A stretch of 64,000 bases of DNA from an uncultured delta proteobacterium (GCA_963767925.1 CAVYGB010000008.1:2816001-2880000); one strand, 5' to 3'; counted from the first letter of the stretch, positions 44,186 to 52,887 are shown. Translations and numbers: made by a program. The notes: generated by a model from the sequence alone, not told the origin.

Positions 44186-44644
44186 ATGGTCAGCCCACGT
44201 CGCCAGGGTCGCGAGGTCGCCCTGCAGATCCTCTGCGCGGTGGATGCCAGCCCCGCGCCCGACGTGGCCGGGGCCCTCGATCTCTATTTCTCGCACCTGG
44301 CGGCGGGAGCCGAGGAGGAGGCGGACATGCCCGGCCTGGGCAAGGACGCCTTCGATCGGCCCTTCGTCGATGCCCTGGTGCGGGTGGCCCTGGAGAACCG
44401 GGAGGCGATCGACGCCGCCATCACCCAGGTCTCGCGGAGCTGGCGGCTCGATCGCATGGCCCGGGTGGACCGCAACATCCTCCGGCTCTCGGTGGCCGAG
44501 ATGCTCTACCTGCCCGAGATCCCGGGCCGGGTCAGCATCAACGAGGCGGTCGAGCTGGCCAAGCGCTTCGGGGCGGCCGAGAGCCCGGCCTTCGTCAACG
44601 GCCTGCTCGACTCGGCCATCAAGGCGCTGGACGTCCGCAAGTAG
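44186..44644 (+). CDS. nusB: Transcription antitermination factor NusB
   Basis: WRLDRM, DRNILR, INEAVELAKRFG and FVNGLLD. Confidence 0.95.
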   Translation: MVSPRRQGREVALQILCAVDASPAPDVAGALDLYFSHLAAGAEEEADMPGLGKDAFDRPFVDALVRVALENREAIDAAITQVSRSWRLDRMARVDRNILRLSVAEMLYLPEIPGRVSINEAVELAKRFGAAESPAFVNGLLDSAIKALDVRK

Positions 44645-44685
44645 CGGGGGGTCCAGCGCCTGGCCGGTGGCGGTCTCCCTGGCGG

Positions 44686-46230
44686 TCAGGGTGTCGGGAC
44701 GGTCACGAGCACGGTCGAGCCGCTGCGCCGTACCCGCAGGACCAGAGGGCCGGTGCGGGTGGCCTTGATCGCCTCCACCGCCTCGTCGGCGGTCTGCACC
44801 TGCTTGCGGTTGACCTCGAGGATCACGTCCTCGGCCCGGAGCCCGGCCTTCTCGGCGCGGCTGCCGGAAAGGACCTCGGTGATGAGGGCGCCCCGGGTCC
44901 CCTGCGGCAAGTTGAGGAAGCGGCCGATGTCGGGGGTGACGTCCTGCAGGTCGACGCCGATGGCGTCCTTCTGCGGCTCGGCGCTCCCGCCACCGCCGCC
45001 GCCACCGCCGCTGCGGCGGGCGACCCAATCCGGCTCGGTGGGGAACTCGGCCAGGGTGACCTGCATGGTCAGCGGGCGGCCGTCCCGGAAATAGGCCAGG
45101 GTGACCCGCGAGCCGATCGGCCTGGAGGTGACGTACTCCGAGATGTCGCCGGGGTTCTGCACCTTGCGGTCGTCGATGCGGGTGATGAGGTCGCCCGGCC
45201 GCAGTCCGGCCCGGGCGGCGGGGCCGTCGGGCGTGACCTGCGAGACGAGGACCGCCTCCTTGGTGCCGCCGGGGAGCCGGTCGGCGGTCCCCTCGGGCGC
45301 GCCGCGGAGATCCCCCATGACGATGCCGAGGTAGGCGTAGCGGATCTTGCCGTCCTTGATGAGCGCGTCGGCCACGGTGCGCGCCTGGTTGATGGGGATG
45401 GCGAAGCCGTAGGCGCCGCCGGGGCCGGTGTTGATCAGGGTGTTGATGCCGATGACCTCGCCCTCGAGGTTGACCAGCGGCCCGCCGGAGTTGCCGGGGT
45501 TGATCTTGGCGTCGGTCTGCACGTATTCGCGGACCTTGGTCGCCATCATGTTCGGCGTGCGCCCGCTGCCGAGCTTGCCCTTGCTGCTGACGATGCCGGC
45601 GGTCACGGTCTGGTCCATGCCGAGGGGGCTGCCCACCGCCAGCACCCACTCGCCGATCTCCACCTCGTCGGAGTTGCCGAGTCGGGCGGCGACGAGGCCG
45701 CCGGGGGGCTTCTCCAGCCGGACCACCGCCACGTCGGTCAGGCTGTCGCGGCCGACAACCTTGGCGGGCAGCTCGAGGCCGTCGGAGAAGATGACCGTCA
45801 CCTTCGAGGCGTTGTCCACCACGTGGCTGTTGGTCACGATGTTGCCCTGGGTGTCGAGCAGGAAGCCGGAGCCGGTGCCACGACCGGGACCGGGCTGGGG
45901 ACTGCCGTCGAAGTCGAAGAAGCGCTCGAAGAACTCGCGCAGGTCGGGCTCACCCCGCCCGGGCTCGCCGCGCCGCCCGCGGTTTGATGCAACGCGCGGA
46001 TTCTCCGCCTCGACGTCGAGGCGCACCACGCTGGGCCGGAGGGCCCGGGCGACGCCGGAAAACGCCTTCGACAGGGACCGCGCCTCGGGTGGAGCCTGCA
46101 TTTTCGGCGTGACGGCCGCCGGGGCGGCGTGGCCCGGGGAGTTAACCTGAGGGACGAGCCAGAGGGCGCCCGCCGCCAATCCGGCCGTGGCCATCGCTGT
46201 CATCCGCTTGGTTACCCGCATGCGCCTCAT
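44686..46230 (-). CDS. DegP/HtrA serine endoprotease with two PDZ domains
   Basis: GSGF, TNSHVV, TDVAV and INPGNSGGPL; signal peptide; start uncertain. Confidence 0.93.
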   Translation of the reverse strand: MRRMRVTKRMTAMATAGLAAGALWLVPQVNSPGHAAPAAVTPKMQAPPEARSLSKAFSGVARALRPSVVRLDVEAENPRVASNRGRRGEPGRGEPDLREFFERFFDFDGSPQPGPGRGTGSGFLLDTQGNIVTNSHVVDNASKVTVIFSDGLELPAKVVGRDSLTDVAVVRLEKPPGGLVAARLGNSDEVEIGEWVLAVGSPLGMDQTVTAGIVSSKGKLGSGRTPNMMATKVREYVQTDAKINPGNSGGPLVNLEGEVIGINTLINTGPGGAYGFAIPINQARTVADALIKDGKIRYAYLGIVMGDLRGAPEGTADRLPGGTKEAVLVSQVTPDGPAARAGLRPGDLITRIDDRKVQNPGDISEYVTSRPIGSRVTLAYFRDGRPLTMQVTLAEFPTEPDWVARRSGGGGGGGGSAEPQKDAIGVDLQDVTPDIGRFLNLPQGTRGALITEVLSGSRAEKAGLRAEDVILEVNRKQVQTADEAVEAIKATRTGPLVLRVRRSGSTVLVTVPTP

Positions 46231-46393
46231 GAAAGAATCCTCCTTGATTCTGATGCCCTGCACGTTTCCTGCCGAGAGTGTGCTCTTAACAATCGCGGAC
46301 CTGGCTGGTTTCTTCCGGAGGGCCTGACGGCCGCACTTGCCCTGCAATCGACTTTACAGATGCAGGCGCGCGCGGCAAAACGCTGCCAGCCGT

Positions 46394-46837
46394 ATGTACT
46401 GGCACCAGACCTCCATACCGTTGAGACGCCGCCCGCGCGGCTTTCATCTGGTGACCTCCGAGATCTTAACCGCATTGCCGGAGCTTCGCCGCCTGGAGGT
46501 GGGATTTCTGAGCCTGTTCCTCCAGCACACCTCGGCGTCGCTGGCCATCAACGAGAACGCCGACCCGGATGTGCGCAGCGACCTCGAGCGCTGGGCGAAC
46601 CACGCCGTGCCCGACGATGCGCCCTATTTCGAGCACACGGTCGAGGGGCCCGACGACATGCCCGGACACGTCAAAGCGGCCCTCTTCGGGGTGTCGCTGA
46701 TGATCCCGGTGGGAGGCGGGCAGCTCCAGCTCGGCACCTGGCAGGGCATCTACCTCGGCGAGCACCGCGATCACGCCACCTCCCGCACCGTCGTGGCGAC
46801 GGTGTGGGGACAGGCCGCCCCGGCGGGCGGGAAGTGA
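46394..46837 (+). CDS. YjbQ/UPF0047 family protein
   Basis: HTSASLAINENAD, EGPDDMPGH and LGTWQGIYLGEHR. Confidence 0.93.
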   Translation: MYWHQTSIPLRRRPRGFHLVTSEILTALPELRRLEVGFLSLFLQHTSASLAINENADPDVRSDLERWANHAVPDDAPYFEHTVEGPDDMPGHVKAALFGVSLMIPVGGGQLQLGTWQGIYLGEHRDHATSRTVVATVWGQAAPAGGK

Positions 46838-46850
46838 CCGCGGCGGCGGC

Positions 46851-47025
46851 GGCGGGCGGGGGGCCGGGAGCGACCGCCGAGGCTGGCGCGGCGACGACGG
46901 GCGGAGGGCGTCGAGCCGCCGCGGAGGCCGTCGCGGCGACGACGGCGGGCGGTGGGCTGGGAGCGGCCGCGGAGGCCGGGGCGGCGGGCGGTGGGCTGGG
47001 AGCGGCCGCGGAGGCCGGGGCGGCG
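46851..47025. repeat. About four degenerate 39-48 bp G-rich tandem units
   Basis: Exact 39-bp duplication at 46944-46982 and 46983-47021, with degenerate copies upstream. Confidence 0.7.
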
Positions 47026-47090
47026 GCGCCGGGGTCGCAGAAGGCCGGGAGCGTCGGGGCCGGGGGACCGGGATCGGCTATCGTGCGCCG

Positions 47091-48152
47091 GTGCGCTTCG
47101 GCCCCTGGATTCCGATCGATCAGGCGTCCGCGGTGGCGCCGGAACGGCCCGGTGTCCTGCAGGCGCGCGGGGACGGGCTGCTCGATCTGCCGCTCGGAAA
47201 GAGCGCGATGGTGTTCTATGCCGCGTCGGGCGCGAGCGAGGCGCTACGAGACTTCCTGCGTGGTCCGGGGGCCGCGGCGCTGGCGGCGGCGGCCAGCGCC
47301 GGCGCGCGCTGGATCCGCTTCGCGGAGGTGGATCAGCCGGGCGATCGCCTGGCCCGCCTGCTCCGGCAGTTCTCCGAGCGCTTCGGCGCCGTCCCGCTCG
47401 CCAACCGCCAGGCCTACGGCGACAGCGATGGCTCCGGGGACAGCGCGGTCGATCCTCGGCTCGCGCCGGGAGCGCCGGCGATGAAGATCGGGGTCCTGGT
47501 CTCGGGCGGAGGCAGCAACCTGCAGGCGCTGATCGACGCGGGCGTCGCCGGGACGCTCGGGCCGGCCCGCATCGCCCTCGTGGGGAGCAACGTCCCCGGA
47601 TGCCTGGCGCTCACCCGGGCCGAGCGGGCCGGCGTGCCCACGTTTTCCCTCGACCACCGCAGCTTCCCGAACCGGGTGGCCTTCGACGAGGCGGTCGCCG
47701 CCCGCCTGGCGGAGGCCGGCGTCGAGCTGGTCGTGCTGGCCGGCTTCATGCGGATCCTCAGCGGGGAGTTCGTGCGGGCCCACGCCGGCCGCCTGATCAA
47801 CATCCACCCCGCCCTGCTGCCCGCCTTCCCCGGCCTGCATCCCCAGCGGCAGGCCCTGGACCAGGGGGTCAAGTTCTCGGGCTGCACCGTGCACTTCGTC
47901 GACGAGGGGACCGACAGCGGGCCGATCATCGCCCAGACCATCGTGCCGGTGCTCGAGGGCGACGACGAGAACACCCTGGGACAGCGGATCCTCGCCGAGG
48001 AGCACCGCCTGCTGCCGGCGGTGGTCCGCGCCATCGCCGAGGGGCGCACCAGCCTCGAGGGGCGCCGGGTGCGGATCGCGGGCGGACCGGCGAGCAGCGG
48101 TGGCCGCGACGCCGATGGCGGCTTCGCCATGATGCGTCTGCGAAGCCTCTGA
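47091..48152 (+). CDS. purN: Phosphoribosylglycinamide formyltransferase (domain from 47481) preceded in frame by a ~130-aa unknown domain
   Basis: MKIGVLVSGGGSNLQA, LAGFMRIL, NIHPALLP and GCTVHFVDEGTDSGPII; no stop between 47091 and 47481. Confidence 0.88.
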   Translation: MRFGPWIPIDQASAVAPERPGVLQARGDGLLDLPLGKSAMVFYAASGASEALRDFLRGPGAAALAAAASAGARWIRFAEVDQPGDRLARLLRQFSERFGAVPLANRQAYGDSDGSGDSAVDPRLAPGAPAMKIGVLVSGGGSNLQALIDAGVAGTLGPARIALVGSNVPGCLALTRAERAGVPTFSLDHRSFPNRVAFDEAVAARLAEAGVELVVLAGFMRILSGEFVRAHAGRLINIHPALLPAFPGLHPQRQALDQGVKFSGCTVHFVDEGTDSGPIIAQTIVPVLEGDDENTLGQRILAEEHRLLPAVVRAIAEGRTSLEGRRVRIAGGPASSGGRDADGGFAMMRLRSL

Positions 48153-48191
48153 GGAGGGTGCGCCCGGGCCCCCGGGTGCTAGGCTAGGCCC

Positions 48192-48725
48192 ATGTCCCAG
48201 TCGCTTGCCGCCCGCTGGCAGACGTGGCGGGAACGCAGAAAAAAGGCCGCGGAGGCACGCCTCCGGCCGCCGCTGCGGGCCCGCTTCCGGACCTGGTTCG
48301 AGCGCAAGAAGGCCGCCGTGGCCCAGGCCGTCGACAAGCCCCGGGACGCGGAGGGGATCGCCGACCGCGCCGCCGAGAAGGTCGTCCGGGAGGGCAAGAT
48401 CCGCAAGACCTGGTCGGACATCCAGCTCCTGGTCCGCCTGGTGCGCGCCTGGGCCCGGGGCGATTACCGGGACGTCTCCCGCGGCACCATCGCCCTCGTC
48501 ATCGGCGCCCTCGCCTACTTCGTCGCCCCCCTCGACGCCATCTTCGACCACCTCCCGCTGGGCGGGTACATCGACGACGCCGCCGTCATCGCCTGGGTGG
48601 TCAGCGAGATCCGCGCCGAGCTCGAGGCCTTCAAAGCCTGGGAAGCCAAGCGCCTCCTCCCCGCCCCCCCCACCACCCCACCCCCGCTGGAGAGCCCCCC
48701 CAGCTCCACCCAGCCCGTGACCTAG
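48192..48725 (+). CDS. YkvA/DUF1232 family membrane protein
   Basis: ALAYFVAPLDAIFD and GYIDDAAV. Confidence 0.88.
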   Translation: MSQSLAARWQTWRERRKKAAEARLRPPLRARFRTWFERKKAAVAQAVDKPRDAEGIADRAAEKVVREGKIRKTWSDIQLLVRLVRAWARGDYRDVSRGTIALVIGALAYFVAPLDAIFDHLPLGGYIDDAAVIAWVVSEIRAELEAFKAWEAKRLLPAPPTTPPPLESPPSSTQPVT

Positions 48726-48848
48726 GCGCCTCCGACCGCTCCGACCCGCGGACGCCGGCGGTCGAGCCGTTCGTAGCGCGCGGTCGCCGCGCGCCCCCCT
48801 CACGCCGCTGCTGACCTCCGCCCCGGCAAGCATTAGGATCACCCCGCC

Positions 48849-48933
48849 GCCGGGGTGGCGAAATGGTAAACGCGGCGGACTTAAAATCCGCTCTCGCGAA
48901 AGCGTGTTACGGGTTCGAGTCCCGTCCCCGGTA
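48849..48933 (+). tRNA. tRNA-Leu (anticodon TAA), CCA not encoded
   Basis: Acceptor GCCGGGG/CCCCGGT; D-loop aaatggtaaac; anticodon stem GCGGA-cttaaaa-TCCGC; long variable arm CGC-gaaa-GCG; T-loop GGTTCGAGTCC. Confidence 0.97.
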
Positions 48934-49071
48934 CTGCGAGATCCTTGCCGGATCCGGGGGCGCATCGGCGGCGGTGCGTGCTGCTGCCGCGCCACGTGGG
49001 CCTCAAGTGGGGCCTCTTGCGCGCTGCTCGCTCCGTCCCTGACGCGAGCTCCGGTCGGCGGCTGGGGAACG

Positions 49072-49131
49072 CTGTACCTCGAGAGCCCCATGGGCACGGC
49101 CATCAGCTACACGCTCAACGACTGGGAGGCG
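49072..49131 (+). mobile_element. IS66-family transposase fragment (relic)
   Basis: ESPMGTAISYTLNDWEA resembles the conserved IS66 TnpC segment P.S.LG.AI.Y.LNQW.AL. Confidence 0.55.
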
Positions 49132-49755
49132 ACTCCACACGCTTTCGGGACAACTCTCGCTTCCCGGACAGTTGCGTCCATCCGGAGAGGAGATCAGGGC
49201 CTCAGAACACCTCCGACGGCCGCGAACTACCGCCAGCCCCCGCCCGGCAAAGGTTGACCCGTTCCGCACGCCTCATTCCACTGCCGAGGTAGATGATGGA
49301 TGGCAGGAAATCCCATACCGCCGCTTTGCCGAACTCAGCTCCATGCCGAAACAGGCAAGTCGGTGAGAATCCCGCGAAGCTTCCGGCGTTGTTCTTGCGG
49401 CGGTGTCGGCGCCAGATGAATGAGCAACGACAGGAAAAATTCTGGCTTCTGTGCCCTTCTGCGATCGTCTTTGCGACGTCTATTCCCACAACCCGACGTC
49501 CTCGTCGAGGTTGCCCGCCCGTGCGACAGCCGCCCTCTCGAAGGACCGACACCCGCCTGGCGCTGAGGTACACGCCGGCATGATCAAGCGCGATCTTCCG
49601 AAGTTGCGCATCCCAGGCAAACCCGCCGGTCGCTACCAGCCTGCTGCGATGAGGAGTTCAGGAGACAAAAGGACAGCAAAGACGGCAACCTCCCTTTGTA
49701 ATATTACGAAATAGAGAACAGGGAAGAGCCGCGGGCCACCGAGATCGAGAAGCAA

Positions 49756-50166
49756 GTGCGAGCGAAACTGGCTCCTGACCACCTCAAAGCACTTGGCCTC
49801 GAAAGTGTTTCTCTGGACGAGATCGACTGCGAGCTAGCTCGTGCCGAGGCAATTGTATCTTGGTCCCAAGAAGACGCGGTTGCCGTCAGCATATCATTGA
49901 CCGCGAATGCGACAGATCCACTCTACTATCTCCAGGTGAAGGACGGCCGGCTTGCCCATGGGACGTGGCGTGTCCCTGCTAAACCTGGAGAGCTTCTCGA
50001 TCCGCACTCGAGAAGCCGTACAGTCCGAGTCAGACTTCGTGATGGTCGCTTCTTCGTAGAGCAGATTCTGCTTTTCAGTGAAGACGACATTCATCCCGAC
50101 GACTACAAGATCGCGAGGAACGCGGATCCGGCTGCGGCTCGCTCGGTGAGCTTGCCTTCGAATTAG
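49756..50166 (+). CDS. Hypothetical protein, atypical codon usage, possibly 5'-truncated
   Basis: Lower-GC ORF next to the tRNA. The reading frame continues upstream past an in-frame TAA near 49699. Confidence 0.45.
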   Translation: MRAKLAPDHLKALGLESVSLDEIDCELARAEAIVSWSQEDAVAVSISLTANATDPLYYLQVKDGRLAHGTWRVPAKPGELLDPHSRSRTVRVRLRDGRFFVEQILLFSEDDIHPDDYKIARNADPAAARSVSLPSN

Positions 50167-50297
50167 CGGCGCTGGCATCGTCCCTTCTCGTCGCCGTCGC
50201 GCAGGAGGAGGCACATCGGCGGTGTGCGCGCCGATTTCTGGCGCCGAGCGAGAAGCCCGGGGACGTTCGCCACGACGGGCGCGGGCCGGGCTGAGGA

Positions 50298-50621
50298 TCA
50301 GTTCAGTTCTTCGTCGCGGGGGGTGCGCTCGGGGGCGGCTGCGGGATCGGGGGCGGTGGTCTCGGAGCTGGGCGCGGCGGCGGTGGCGGCGCCGTCGGGG
50401 CGGGCGCGGCTCAACGACTGGGCGCCGAGGGTGGCGATGGCCTGCGAGACGGTGGCGCTGAGGTCGGCCAGCGCTTCGGGATGGAGGGCCATCGTGATCG
50501 GGCCCACCGTGAGGTAGAGGTCGCCGCAGCCGCAGCGGTCGAGGCGGGTGACAGTTCCGGAGGCGATCACCTCTCGCACGAGGGTCACCTGGTCGCTGTC
50601 CCGGTTCGTGTTGCGCTTCAT
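50298..50621 (-). CDS. Small hypothetical protein with a CxC motif (RCGCGDLYLTVGPIT)
   Basis: RBS GGGAGG before ATG, GC3-rich codons, downstream of a Fur-boxed promoter. Confidence 0.7.
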   Translation of the reverse strand: MKRNTNRDSDQVTLVREVIASGTVTRLDRCGCGDLYLTVGPITMALHPEALADLSATVSQAIATLGAQSLSRARPDGAATAAAPSSETTAPDPAAAPERTPRDEELN

Positions 50622-50805
50622 GGAGCCTCCCTGGAGATCGGGGCGCGGCCGGGGCTGTGCTTCGGTCGCCGCGCTACGTGGCCATACACCCCAGGGCGGC
50701 GGCTCGAGGATCCAGGATGGTTCGGAGGACTGGAATCCCCGGGCCGCCGCCTTTCCCTACACCCGGGCGGCATCCCCTGACCGCCGCCCGCCACAGGAGA
50801 AAGAT

Positions 50806-50833
50806 GATTATGATTTCCACTATCATCTGTCAA
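50806..50833 (-). promoter_or_regulatory. Fur box plus -35 (site 1)
   Basis: Minus strand TTGACA-N3-GATAGTGGAAATCATAATC, 15/19 match to GATAATGATAATCATTATC. Confidence 0.8.
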
Positions 50834-50900
50834 CGAAGAAGAGCGGGGCCCGGGCCTTCAGGCCCCTAAAACGCCGCGGCGGCGGCGGATTTGCCTCAGC

Positions 50901-51395
50901 TCACTTGCGGCGGCGGCAGGGGCCACACAGCCCGAACAGCTCGTGGCGGTGGCGGCGGAGCACGAAGCCGTGTTCGGTGGCGATCTTGTCCTGGAGCTTC
51001 TCGATGGGCTCGCTGAAGAACTCGACGATGGCGCCACAGCGCTCACACACGAGGTGGTCGTGGTGATCGCGCCCGAGGGCCACTTCGTACACGGTCGAGC
51101 CGGAGCCGAAGTTGCGGGCGTCGGCCAGGCCGGCCTGCTCGAGCAGCTTCATCGTCCGGTACACGGTCGCCATGCCCACGGCGGGGTTCTTGGTCCGCAC
51201 CTTCTGCAAGAGGTTCTCGAGCCCGGTGTGCTCGCGGGTGGTCAGGAAGGTGTCGACCACCAGATCCCGGATCTTCGAGGAGTGCAGGCCGTTCTCCTTC
51301 TCGAAGGCGCGCAGCGAATCTTTCCAGCCCTCGACGGTGGTGCCGCGCTCGCGTTCGCTGGCGGCGCCCTTGGACCTGACCGAAGCCCTTGCCAT
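50901..51395 (-). CDS. fur: Fur-family transcriptional regulator
   Basis: VGMATVYRTMKLL, HHDHLVCERCG and HELFGLCGPC. Confidence 0.92.
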   Translation of the reverse strand: MARASVRSKGAASERERGTTVEGWKDSLRAFEKENGLHSSKIRDLVVDTFLTTREHTGLENLLQKVRTKNPAVGMATVYRTMKLLEQAGLADARNFGSGSTVYEVALGRDHHDHLVCERCGAIVEFFSEPIEKLQDKIATEHGFVLRRHRHELFGLCGPCRRRK

Positions 51396-51643
51396 GGCGG
51401 GTGTTTTAGCAGGAATCACCCGACCGCGACACTTCGCTTCCGTGCCGTCACGGGCGCGTCGCTGATCAGGGCCCCTCCCGCGGGCGCCGACCGCCGCCGG
51501 CGGCACCTCCGCAGGCCGGGGTGTGCGGTGAGCCTGGTATTCGCCGCGGGCGCGTGTCGCCGGAGCGCGCTCGCTCCCCTGGGTGGCACGGGCCTGCACG
51601 CGCCAGCGGGGACCGGGGCGGGACCGGGGAGCGCGCTTTTCAG

Positions 51644-51671
51644 TTGACTAGTGATTGTGAAACTCATATTC
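51644..51671 (+). promoter_or_regulatory. Fur box plus -35 (site 2)
   Basis: TTGACT-N3-GATTGTGAAACTCATATTC, 13/19 match. Confidence 0.72.
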
Positions 51672-51679
51672 ATATTTGT

Positions 51680-51955
51680 ACTTGTCTTCGATGAAACCCA
51701 GAACCGGCTCGCCGGGGGTGTGGGGGTTGGACGTTCTCCGCTCGTCCGACTCCGCTCCTTCGGCGCTTCTCCGGAACATCGGCCAGGCGCCCGCGGTCAT
51801 GCGCGGGCTGCAGGCTGGTGAGGCCGGGGCGGACACCGGGTCGAGGGATCCCGGAAGGATGGGCGGGAGAGTGGGCGTGGCGGGGGACGCGAGGGGAAGC
51901 CGCAAGGTGAGCGCGTTCTCCGCCACAGCCCCGGTAGGGGCGAAAGGCAACCACG
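51680..51955 (+). ncRNA. Candidate structured leader RNA or sRNA
   Basis: About 275 nt of non-coding sequence with long hairpins containing plus-strand G-U pairs (51877-51891 with 51912-51926), an internal GCC-GCAA-GGT tetraloop, and a hairpin at 51714-51760. Confidence 0.5.
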
Positions 51956-52219
51956 ATGCCCCACGATGAAGCCGTCAAGGAAGCGAGCAAGGCGCCTGGC
52001 AAGGGCGTCGGGCCGGGCGATGCCCCGCGCAGCGACGCCGTGACGACCGGCGAGGTCCGCTGCGGATGTGGCTCGCTGCTGGCGCGGGTGTCCGCGGCCG
52101 GGGTGGAGCTGAAGTGCCGGCGCTGCCGCCGCTTCATGCTCGTGAGCCTGGGTGCCGACGGCCGCTATGTGGCGCGGGGCAATCTGCTCCAGACCATCAC
52201 CGGCCCCACCGACGACTGA
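51956..52219 (+). CDS. Small Com-like zinc-ribbon protein
   Basis: EVRCGCGSLLARV...VELKCRRCRR follows the Mu Com pattern RC..C.KLL...IEIKC.RC; purine-rich RBS gaaagg. Confidence 0.7.
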   Translation: MPHDEAVKEASKAPGKGVGPGDAPRSDAVTTGEVRCGCGSLLARVSAAGVELKCRRCRRFMLVSLGADGRYVARGNLLQTITGPTDD

Positions 52220-52367
52220 GCCGCGCCGGGGCGACGCCTCGGCCGGAGCATCGCTCACCGACCACAGCAACGGCGTCCGGCGCGAGGTCATGTGTCGCCG
52301 TACGCTCCCTGTCCCATCCCCTGACCGTACCCCCCCGTACAGGGAAACGCCTCCGAAGGGTCAGAGC

Positions 52368-52859
52368 TCAGTTGGCGAAGTCCGCCGGATCGCCGGGGCG
52401 GGGGCTGCTGTTGCGGGCGCGGCAGGCGGAGCAGATGCCGTAGAGCTCGTGGCGGTGGGTGCGCAGCTCGAAGCCGAGCTCCTCGGCGATCTGCTGCTGC
52501 ATCTGCTCGATGGCTTCGCTCTGCCACTCCTCGATGGAGCCGCAGACGGTGCAGATGAGGTGGTCGTGGTGGGCGCGCTCCCGTACGGCTTCGAAGCGGG
52601 TGGGCGCGCCGTCGAAGGCGTGGCGCTCGACGAGCCCCGCTTCTTCCAGGAGCTTGAGGGTGCGGTGGACGGTGGCGAGGCCGATGCGGGGGGCCCGCTT
52701 GCGGGCCAGGGCCACGATCTCCTCGAGGGTGAGGTGGGTCTCGGTGCCGAGGAAGACCTCTGCCACCGCCCGCCGGGAGGTGGTCTCCTTGAGCTGGTTG
52801 CGGTAGCAGAAGCGCTCCCACTCCTCGAGGCGTTGTCGCAGGGCCGCTGGACGTTTCAT
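52368..52859 (-). CDS. fur: Fur-family transcriptional regulator (second paralog in the island)
   Basis: IGLATVHRTLKLL, HHDHLICTVCG and HELYGICSAC. Confidence 0.92.
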   Translation of the reverse strand: MKRPAALRQRLEEWERFCYRNQLKETTSRRAVAEVFLGTETHLTLEEIVALARKRAPRIGLATVHRTLKLLEEAGLVERHAFDGAPTRFEAVRERAHHDHLICTVCGSIEEWQSEAIEQMQQQIAEELGFELRTHRHELYGICSACRARNSSPRPGDPADFAN

Positions 52860-52887
52860 CGCTTGTGGAGGCGGGCGCGCCTCAATT

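Noticed and set aside
46851..47025. Possible CRISPR array
   Set aside because: Units are directly adjacent with no unique spacers, and no cas genes are in the window.
49440..49500. Minus-strand VVGIDVAK resembling an IS110 transposase N-terminus
   Set aside because: Isolated short match with no further DEDD-family motifs.
51584..51598. TGGCACG as a sigma-54 promoter
   Set aside because: GG-to-GC spacing is 9 rather than the required 10 bp.
51676..51969. 97-aa ORF across the structured leader
   Set aside because: No RBS, Gly/Arg-rich composition typical of spurious frames, TTG start at the promoter, and overlap with the Com-like gene.
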